From NCBI RefSeq assembly GCF_006345805.1, contig NC_043009.1, forward strand, positions 50,778,001 through 50,842,000: 64,000 bases of DNA, given 5' to 3'. This document shows, in pieces, positions 53,837-64,000 of this stretch. Position numbers and translations under genes: made by a program. Under the pieces are notes generated by a model that was given only the letters and a program-made list of their open reading frames with translations, made no database searches and had not been told where the DNA came from. This stretch comes from Octopus sinensis. Its lineage: Eukaryota. Each line of letters begins with the position of its first letter. Positions within the stretch are counted from its first letter, which is position 1.

Positions 53837-54065
53837 AATATACATACAAAGCCTGCATCTATTTGCACGTGGTTTTTCGTGTTAGCTATCTTTGTATCTA
53901 AGCATATTATCGCTCTAAACCTGAATTGAATTTCTTATAGTTGTGAAATATGTGAGAGTTAACATATATTTGTATCTGAACATAAAAATCACGATACGCT
54001 AGTATACACACACACACACCACATATATATATATTATGTATCTATTTGTATATATTTTTATATAT

Positions 54066-54101
<36 letters not shown>

Positions 54102-54823
54102 ATAATATATATATTATAATATATGTATCTATTTGGTAACTATTTGTATGTGTATATATATTATATATATATATATATGTATTATTTGTAATTATTTCTC
54201 TCTCTCTCTCTCTATAATATTTGTAACTATTTGTATATATATATACATCTATTTGTATATGCATATATATATATATTATATATATATGTATGTATTTGTG
54301 TGTGTATGTATTTATATATTCATATATATGCTTATATATTATATATATATATATATATATGCATGAATAGATATACATACATTCATAAATACATAAATAC
54401 GCACACATACATACATAGATCTATAAGTATCTCTACGCACACGTACACACATACACACACACACACACAAACACACAACGAAGAAAGTCGCTTGCTTCAA
54501 GAAGCATTTACAAATTCATTGGGCTCGCGATTATGATGTATACATAATTTTGTGAAGCACTTTACAAAAATGTATATACTTGTACATGGTGAGTCTTTCA
54601 ATTAACGTGCTGTTTAAGCTATGTCCCTTACAAGTCTTGCATATTTATCCTATTTTAAAATACTTCGCAACTGGTTTCACAAACAAAGAAGTTAGTACAT
54701 ATATGTAGAAAAATATTTATATACACATAATAGCCAAATAACTCTACTGGACCAAAACGTCGAAGGTAAGTTGTCAAGGCCCAGTACGTTTGTGTTTGTG
54801 TGGTGTAGACGTGTACATCTGCA

Positions 54824-54855
<32 letters not shown>

Positions 54856-54896
54856 CAGGCATAAATACATATAACAAATACACGCACACACGCATA

Positions 54897-54931
<35 letters not shown>

Positions 54932-54933
<2 letters not shown>

Positions 54934-55142
54934 TGCTCGCTTAGCCAGCGGGGTGGCGTCATTCGAAGGCTAAAACAATGCGAACGCATTGTGACCAGCG
55001 ATGTGTAACATCTGGTCGTTCACGTGATATATATATATATATATATATATCCTGCTCGCTTAGCCAGCGGGGTGGCGTCATTCGAAGGCTAAAACAATGC
55101 GAACGCATTGTGACCAGCGATGTGTAACAACATCTGGTCGGT

Positions 55143-55148
<6 letters not shown>
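54932..55148 (+). mobile_element. Two tandem solo tail-D units (54932-55026, 55051-55148) separated by (TA)n
   Basis: Both match tail D of SINE A' and start at the same position. Confidence 0.8.
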
Positions 55149-55174
<26 letters not shown>

Positions 55175-55393
55175 TTCTTTACTACCCACAAGGGGCTAAA
55201 CACAGAGGGGACAGACAAAGGGATCAAGTCGATTACATCGACCCCAGTGCGTAACTGGTACTTAATTTATCGACCCCGAAAGGATGAAAGGCAAAGTCGA
55301 CCTCGGCGGCATTTGAACTCGGAACGCAACGACAGACGAAATACGGCTACGAATTTCGCCCGGCGTGCTAACGTTTCTACCAGCTCGCCGCCT
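55175..55393 (-). mobile_element. SINE family C
   Basis: Matches the reverse complement of 26678-26910. Confidence 0.85.
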
Positions 55394-55409
55394 TTATATA
55401 TATAGGTGC

Positions 55410-55572
55410 AGGCATCATGGCTGTATGGTAAGAAGCTCGCTTCCCACCCACATGGTTCTGGGTTCAGTCCCACTGCGTGGCACCATGGGCAAGCGTCTTC
55501 TACTATAGCTTCGGGTCGATCAAACCCTTGTGAGTGGATTTGGTAGGCGGAAACTGGAAGAAGCCTGTCGTA
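55410..55572 (+). mobile_element. SINE family B, 5' half
   Basis: Head through AAGAAGCCTGTCG. Confidence 0.8.
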
Positions 55573-56320
55573 TGTATATATTTGTGTATGTATGTATGCA
55601 TGTGTGTGTTTATAGGTATGTTTGTATGTATGTATGTATGTAAGGGTACGTTGCTTTAGAAATAGGGATTTTTTTTCATTCGAATCCCAGAGGATATCTC
55701 CGTTGCTAATCTGTTTCCACTCTTCACAAAACCACTTATAAACAAGCAGGTGACTCGGAGTACCGTCAGAATGGGGCTTCAGTTTCAAATAATTGACTAG
55801 CTACGTATATATATCAGGCTAGATTATACATTAGTATTTCAAGATGCAATACCATTTTGATGATATTTTGAAAATGGTCTTGTGGCGTTCATACGTTCTC
55901 CTTCATCGAACAATCCGTCACACATGAACGTTTTTCAAAAAGCTCATACTAAGAATCGAAACTAGCACGTGGATTCGCTTTCAATAAACAATATCGATTT
56001 TTATAGATAGAGGCACAAGGCCATCTAAACTGTAAATGGAAGCGAAAAATTGGATAGCGTATGGAAATCATCGGTTTTCCCCCACCAAATTTCCACTTTG
56101 CGACGTGAAATCCTGCTGTAAATCTACTGCGATGGATTTTCAGAGTGGTTAGTGCGTCGAACAAAACGACTCGTGGTATTTGTTTTACGGTCTTTTAAGT
56201 TTCCAGTTCAAATTCTTCAGAAATGAAGTTTGCTTTTCATCGTTCCGGTGTCGGTAAAATAAAGTATTCGTCAAGCATTTGTGTAGGTTCAATACTACCT
56301 TAATCCATCAATTACCCATT

Positions 56321-56548
56321 TCTTTATTACCCACAAGGGGCTAAACATAGAGGGGACAAAAAAAGACAGGCATAGGTATTAAGTCGATTACATCGACCCA
56401 CCCCAGTGTGTAACTGGTACTTAATTTATCAACTCCGAAAGGATGAAAGGCAAAGTCGACCTCGGCGGAATTTGAACTCAGAACGTAACGGCAGACGAAA
56501 TACGGCTACGCATTTCGCCCAGCGTGCTAACGTTTCGGCCAGCTCGCC
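56321..56548 (-). mobile_element. SINE family C
   Basis: Matches family C; partial copies flank it at ~56150-56310 and ~56555-56690. Confidence 0.85.
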
Positions 56549-56696
56549 AATTACCGCTAGGTTCGACTTTGCCTTTCATCTTTCATCGATAAAATAAGTA
56601 CCAGTTGAGCACTGGAGTCGATGTCATTCTATTAACCCCACTCCCACAGAACTTGCTGACCTTGTGCCAAAATTTGAAACCAATATTACTCTAAAG

Positions 56697-56897
56697 CAGT
56701 GCTTTTCAAACTTTTTGCGGGAGCGGAACCCCAAGGAAACATTCCACTGACTCGAGGAACCCCTGTGCAATAATTTAATAGTCTTATGCACACATATCTG
56801 CACAGGAGACTTAAAAATTACTGCCAATTTTAGCAGTTTTGTAACTTCTTGCGGAACCCCTGGACTGTACTGGCAGAACCCTGGTTGAAAACTACTG
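56697..56897. mobile_element. hAT (Charlie-like) MITE
   Basis: TIR CAGTGCTTTTCAA / TTGAAAACTACTG; perfect 8-bp TSD CTCTAAAG. Confidence 0.9.
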
Positions 56898-57889
56898 CTC
56901 TAAAGCATCCTAGATGCGAGTGGGAATTATATTAGAAAGACTTAAGACAATAAAAAAAAAAAATAAAAAAAACCCACAGGTGAAATTCGAACCTAAGTGT
57001 AGTAGACTCATGATCACAATGACCACGTTGCGGAGAGAGATAGCAAATTTCTTTGCGATACATAGTAGCCTATAGTGTAACCATATCTCATCAACTATTA
57101 CTTATTGTCACTGCATGTACTGAAAAGTTTTTAAAAATGAAAGTACGAAATGAAGCATAAGACATCTTAAATAATGCTTGTTGAAATGGTAGTGGTGGTG
57201 TCAGGTAGGGTGAAGATGGTTAATTTTTTTTTTTTTTCATTTTGCGAGGGTCAATGAAAAAGGGCAACTGTCTCAGGGAAACTGTTTTACCAAATGTAAG
57301 ATCTTTTTATTTTCTATTATTAATGTCAGGATTCATTTACGTAATTTTCTTATGCAACAAAGATTACTTAGAAAATTGATGTTTAGTACTAAGTGATTGC
57401 TGAGTAGATTGTGTGAAGAAGACAGGATGGTCGCGACATTCCATTCTAGTTGTGGCCATCCCGTATTCTATTCAGACAATGAATCTAGGACAACATCACC
57501 CAATGGGGAAAGAAGGAATCCGGAGATGGAGGAGGTTGCAAAAAATTTTTATTTATATTTTTTTATTTCCGTTTTATGAAACACGAGAATGCTATCAGAA
57601 AATGAAGGTGGCGGGTGGGGGGGGGGTGACTACCACCTTCCTTTCTCATGAGGAATAGGAATCCGAGGGATAACTATACCAAAACTGCTCCATCCAATGC
57701 AACCTTTTCTAAGTTGATAAGGTGACGTGTTAGAGAAATTTTGCTGCTATTTCTAGCAGATCGATCGGTCGCGTAGAGGCTAACTCGATGGTTTCAGGAC
57801 GAGATATTATTAGTGTGTAGGGTGGGATATAATCAACTGCATCGAACTCGGTAAATAATTGCTAATTATTTTATCGATAGAATACTGGA

Positions 57890-58115
57890 AGACTGTGGAG
57901 ATATCTGGCCTACTAGTTAGATCGTAAGATTGTGGTTTCGATTCCTAGACCGGGTGACGCGTTGTGTTCTTGAGCAAAACACTTCATTTCACGTTGCTCC
58001 CGTCCTCTCAGCTAGCAAAAATGAGTAATTCTGCAACGGACCAGTTTCCCTTAGTGGGGGTAAATATACATACGCTATAGAAACTGAGAGACTAGCCCTT
58101 AATGAGTCCATAGGG
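57890..58115 (+). mobile_element. Old tRNA-SINE with CORE/Meta-like body
   Basis: GTTTCGATTCC B box; GTGTTCTTGAGCAAAACACTTCATTTCACGTTGCT body; related diverged copy at ~17000-17225 (-). Confidence 0.55.
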
Positions 58116-59772
58116 CTCGAGAAGGATTTTTTTTTCTTTCTTTTTTTTTTTTTACCTAGGAAGAATGAAAATCAGAGTTGGCCTTAGAGGACAAAATTAA
58201 GCACTTGAAAGACATCAATATTAGTATAATAATTATAATAATTAATTTCTCATTTGTAACAAATTTAGCGAGAGGAAACACTCGTTCGTATCGACCCCAG
58301 TATTTGACAGGAAACTATTTTATCGACAATCGAAAGTATGAGATAAAAAAAATTTAAAAAATTGACCCCGGCGGGATTTGAACTCAGAATAAAAGAGGAT
58401 GTAATTATACATTCTTTTTCGATGCTACGACGCGCTGTCTGTTCTCCCATCGACCAACCATAATTGGTAATAAAAATGTTCTGACCAAATAATTTAGATT
58501 TTCATAATAGTTTTTAATTATCATTCTTTTTTAAAAACTTCGCCGATAGATCGACTAATAATGCACGTATTCTTCCGAGATTGAAAAATTGAGTACCAGT
58601 AATAAACGGTGATCAGTTTACTGGACCATACTCCGCTCTTACAAATCCCGGTCTTGTGGCTAGTCAAAAGAAATCGATAGTTTCTAACGTGGGTCATAAA
58701 AGAAGCCTCGGATTTAATAATAAAAAGGCAAAGGAAAGAAGGAGAGGAATGGCTATAAAATCGATAAGTCCACGGTCCCCATAAAAGAATTAGCGATGTG
58801 AAGTTAGAATAAGGTAAACATGAGGTGAAGAGACGTCACCTAGGAATCGAAACTACTGTCTCAAAACTTACCACTGCATCACAATTTCAAACCCACGAGA
58901 GATCCTCGTCGTGATAGCTCGAAACAGTAGCCAATTCTTCCTCAAATCATATCTTACAGTCTTAAAGTACATATTGGGATAATGTAGTCAAGGAAGACCC
59001 GACATAAATCAATATTGAAGTCTCATGTATCCCTAAAAAAGACAGCATGGTCATAGTTGGGAGGCCTTTCATTAACCACCCCAAATTTAGATTCTTCCAT
59101 GACACCATGAAGAAATGTTTTTGCATTGACCCTTTACGGAAAAGTTTTGTGCAAAATATTGTGCCTGTTATGACTTTACTTCAAAATATTATCAATAGTA
59201 AAGAAGGGAGGTATTCAGGCACACTTGCGTGTTTATTTTATCATCTGAGCCCCACCAAAAAAAAAAAAAAAAAAAAAGTCGTTCTGAACTTGAAGCGATT
59301 CGAACCTTTAACAGTAAAGTTTCGTACGCGGGATACTCTAAGACATCCTGTTTAACGTTTTGGCTACCACGGCTATTTCTATTGATCGGTTTAGTTATGT
59401 AAATTGACATTCATAAATTCTTCGATAAATACACAGAAATGATCGGATTGAATGGGTATTTATATTTCATACGGGTATATATTAATGTAACAAATATGAA
59501 GTGACTCCAAATAAGATTCGAAACCCGGCTGCAAAAATGCACTTTACTAATAATGCTTACACCTACGTCCACACAGCCACGACATCATCCCCAATAATAA
59601 TGGTTTCTTAAACAAACACGAACTTCGTCGACTCGTAATTGCGAAGTACGAAAAACGAGATAGTATGACGCTGATGTCCTCCTCAATGACACTCACCAGC
59701 ACATTGTGTGAAGAATTTAATTTGTAAATTATGGTCTAGGAATTTACTCAACCGGAAGTTACATACATACAT

Positions 59773-60180
59773 GGAGTGGATGTGTGGTAAGTAGCTTGCT
59801 AACCAACCACATAGTCCCGGGTTCAGTCCCACTGCGTGGCATCTTGGGCAAGTGTCTTCTACTATAGCCTGGGCCGACCAAATCCTTGTGAGTGGATTTG
59901 GTAGACAGAAACTGAAAGAAGCCCGTCGTATATATGTATATATATATATATATTTGTATGTGTGTGTTTGTGTGTCTGCTGTGTTTGTCCCCCTAGCATT
60001 GCTTGACAACCGATGCTGGTGTGTTTACGTCCCCGTCACTTAGCGGTTCGGCAAAAAGAGACCGATAGAATAAGTACTGAGCTTACAAAGAGTAAGTACC
60101 GGGGTCGATTTGCTCGACTAAAGGCGGTGCTCCAGCATGGCCGCAGTCAAAATGACTGAAACAAGTAAAAGAGTAAAAGA
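59773..60180 (+). mobile_element. SINE family B, full length
   Basis: Matches family B from head to tail. Confidence 0.9.
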
Positions 60181-61495
60181 GTATGTGTGTGTTTGTGTGT
60201 GTGTGTTCTCAGTACATAAAGTTTAAGTCATCGAGCCCCAAGACCCGGCAATGGGCAAGCCTTTTTTTCGTAAAGCGGTCTGCATGAGCCATGGCTCATC
60301 ATCAGGCGGCCCACACTACTTGAAAAGTTCAAGATAAATTTTCGTTGGCTTGCCATTCAGAAAAATCCTGCGGGCCACAGTTTGGCCACGATCACCTTAG
60401 ACGGAAGGATGAAACACGAATGTTGAAAAATAAAATCTGGGACAGGGATAAAGCCAAAAATTTGTAGGGGGGTGACCGAGATAGGGACTCGATGGATGAT
60501 TCGAGAAAATGTTACTGTGACATTCGGAAGAAACCTTAAGAACCAACGAGAAATGTCATTGCACGATCGCGTGACCTGCTAGACATAACAGACAAACCTT
60601 CCTTAAATCACACACTATCTTCTTAAAGAAGAAGGACACAATTGAAATGAACAATCTAATGTCTGATATACAAAACGATATACAAAAGATGGTCGTGACT
60701 GGAACGCCTTTGCTCACATGTCTGTCTACCCATCAGATATGAATTGAAGTTAAACAGTAATTATACATATATGCCATCGACCTCAGAGGCGAAAGGACTA
60801 TAAAATCTAGAAAGGCAAGAACGCCACAATTTCGTAGAGGAATGATAGATTTTGTCCGATGATTCTTCCCTTGGTACTTAATTTATCGTCCACCCTAACT
60901 TGCTTTCAGCATCAGAGGAAGGGAGAGATGGAGGCAAAAATCGACCCTGGCGGGATTTGACCCGGAAAGTCGATATAATTAAACACTATAAAGAAGATGG
61001 TTCGGTGCCCTACTTCACCCAACTTCTACTTCACCGCCTTTTCAACAATACATATACCTATACCGTTGACTACAAGTCCACAAACTGTGTCTCGTAAAGG
61101 GAGTACATACGCCAATTGAACCGGTTCATCCTTCAATATATAGCTGGTACTTATCGATCCCAAAGAAACGAAAGGCAAAACTGACTTAGTAGTATATAAC
61201 AATAATGTCCGAACCACAGTTTCAGTAACAATCTAAAACTAATTCTTTCTATATGAGATACAAGGAGGCTTAAGTTTTTAGGGAGCAAGTTAGACAATAC
61301 CATTGGCACCCATTAATTAACCGGTACTTTATTTTATCGACAATAGGGAGATGAAAAGCAAAGTTGGTTTCGACTGGATTTGCTCGGTACAAGGTCAAAT
61401 TTAGGTGAAAGTGAAGATGGACAAATTGCCATGTTTGATAAAATAAAGATTTCCAACTTTTAAAACTTATCAAGCAGCATGGTGAAGAACGAGGT

Positions 61496-61594
61496 TATAG
61501 TAGAAGACACTTGCCCAAGGTGCCACGCAGTGGGACTTGAACCCGGAACCATGTGGTTGGTAAGCAAGCTACTTACCAAACAGCCACTCCTGCG
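61496..61594 (-). mobile_element. SINE family B, head fragment
   Basis: Matches 62760-62865, including the downstream flank. Confidence 0.8.
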
Positions 61595-62432
61595 AATTTT
61601 ATTTTTCCCTCTTTTTGTGTGTGTGTGTGTAAAAACTTATAAGTTTCTCGGAAAAAACAATAAAGAAATCAGAAACAGCATAAAACAACTTCACAAAAGT
61701 ATGTAACTGCAATGTCTGTTTTGACTTCTAGAAAATTTTGAGGTATTTTGTCAGCTTGAGAGCAACCAGGATGGCCGATTATATCGAACTCCCAAAAGTT
61801 TCACTGTTACTTCATTTCATTGACCTCCGGAAGGATAAAAGGCAAAGTCGATCCCGGTAGGATTTGAACTCAGAGAATAAAGACCCTTGACAAATACCAA
61901 AGATCCTTGACAAAAACCAAAAGACTTTTTGCCTAACGATCTAGAGATCGTTTGACAAAAATATCCTTAGTAATAATACTTGTTTCCAATACAAACACAA
62001 GATTTGGAATTTGGGAGAGGGTTGCCGGCCGATTACATCGACCCTCGTGCACAATGCTATTCATTTTATCGTCTCCGAAGAATGAAAGGCGAAGTAAACC
62101 TCGGTGGTATTTGAACTCGGAACCTAAGGCCGCTTTAGCAATAATAATATCTAATAATTACACTCTGGTATATACATAAATACATACATTACATACAAAC
62201 ACACATTCACACATACATGCATATACACATATGCCTACACAACATACACGCATACACACACTAATACGTCGACACATACACACGTACACACGTATACATA
62301 CACAAATACGTACATATATGCATATACACGTGCATACATACAAACATACATACACACACATACATACACATGCACATACATACATACACACGCATATATA
62401 CAGACATATACATATGTTTTGGCATACTCTCT

Positions 62433-62655
62433 CTCTTTTACTCTTTTACTCGTTTCAGTCATTTGACTGTGGCCATGCTGGAGCACCACCTTTAGTCGAG
62501 CAACTCGACCCCGGGACTTATTCTTTTTTAAGCCCAGTACTTATTCTATCGATCTCTTTTGCCGAACCGCTAAGTGACGGGGACATAAACACACCAGCAT
62601 CGGTTGTCAAGCAATGCTAGGGGGGGGGACAAACACAGACACACAAACGCACACG

Positions 62656-62689
<34 letters not shown>

Positions 62690-62865
62690 TACGACGGGCT
62701 TCTTTTCAGTTTCCGTCTACCAAATCCATCCACTCACAAGGCTTTGGTCGGCCCGAGGCTATAATAGTAGAAGACACTTCGCCCAAGGTGCCACGCAGTG
62801 GGACTTGAACCCGAAACCATGTGGTTGGTTGGTAAGCAAGCTACTTACCACACAGCCACTCCTGC
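62433..62865 (-). mobile_element. SINE family B, full length
   Basis: Matches family B from head to tail. Confidence 0.9.
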
Positions 62866-63423
62866 GAATTTTATTTTTCCCCTCTTTTTTTTAGGGGGGG
62901 GGTGTAAAAACTTATAAGTTTCTCGGGGAAAAACAAATAAAGAGAAGACAGAAACAGCATAAACAACTTCACAACATATATACATCATTATATACATATA
63001 TTATATACATCATTATATACATATATTATATACATCATTATATATACATCCCGCAAGATGTGAAAAAAAGCAAAAGAAATAAAACATCCGTAATTCATAT
63101 TTATAGATATATAATAAAATATATATATATATGTACAATATATACACACTACTTACATTGTGTTTGTCTTGTTCCAATAAAGTGTATGCTTAATCCAGTT
63201 AGGTTTGGCATCCGTGAAAATGTTTCCTATCCATGTATTGTAGAAAATGAGAAGAATCCAAGGGAGACCGAGTGACCACATTCGGTTACAATTTGAACGA
63301 TAATGATAGTAATGATTATTATTATTATTATTATTATTATTATTGTGATTATTATTATTACTATCAGACACCGGCATTTTCATAATGCTTCTTTATTTTT
63401 TTGTATGTGTATATATATATATG

Positions 63424-63462
<39 letters not shown>

Positions 63463-64000
63463 CTATGTATTCCTTCTGTAATTTCTTTTACTGAGTAGTA
63501 TAATAATTAATAATAATAATTTTGATCCTGGTTAAAAAGAATTTTGTTGTGCTTGTTATGTATATAATGATGTATGTATATATAAATATATATAAATATA
63601 TATATATATATTATATATATATACTCCTTTTATGTAGTTTGATGCTGTTTGTAATATCTTTCTCTCTCTCTCCCCTCTCACATAAACACTTTCTCTCTTT
63701 TACCCTTCGTTTTCAAGCGTACGTGTGTATATAATATATACACATATATACTCATACGTAGCCTACATGAGTGTATATATATGTATATATAGGTGCTTAT
63801 ATATATATGTATGTATATATATAAGTTGAATAGGGGTGATGATAATGTTGTTGTTTTTTTTTTTTACTTCACTAAAGTTGGTATGTTCGTGTGTGTATGT
63901 ATATTATTATATAAAGCTATATATATATATTTATAAATATATATATATATGAATATTTGTATATAAATGTAATGCGTGTGTGTAAAATTATTTGTATATA

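Noticed and set aside
60250-60390. hAT-like MITE end (GCGGGCCACAGTTTGGCCAC)
   Set aside because: Matching TIR and TSD could not be established.
2433-63734. Dozens of ORFs rich in IY/YI, CV/VC, HT, RE or SIHP repeats
   Set aside because: They are translations of (TA)n, (CA)n, (GA)n and (ATCC)n microsatellites, which lack stops in some frames.

Overview
AT-rich, microsatellite-saturated metazoan genomic DNA. The SINE repertoire resembles that of an octopus (inference from memory, not a database result). Almost all ORFs in the supplied track are translations of (TA)n, (CA)n or (ATCC)n repeats, or of SINE sequence. The largest clearly recognisable element is a ~4.7-kb Penelope-like retroelement (PLE; RT plus GIY-YIG endonuclease, Naiad-like) on the minus strand at 20894-25598. 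It has ~1.09-kb direct pseudo-LTRs, each carrying a type I hammerhead ribozyme (HHR), and it sits in a (TA)n tract. Seven ~185-210-bp non-coding elements in three related families (E, F, G) are each built around a minimal type I HHR and abut (TA)n; an eighth, unrelated HHR element lies at 38.7 kb. Also present: several tRNA-headed SINE families with swapped tails, a CR1/L2-like LINE 3' end sharing a covarying 3' hairpin with one SINE family, and Merlin-, hAT- and mariner-type MITEs. A CpG-depleted block at 4.7-10.3 kb has splice-site-bounded, coding-like segments and may be a host gene obscured by 1-bp indels. The sequence shows frequent single-base indels, possibly assembly errors, so frame-based conclusions are provisional.
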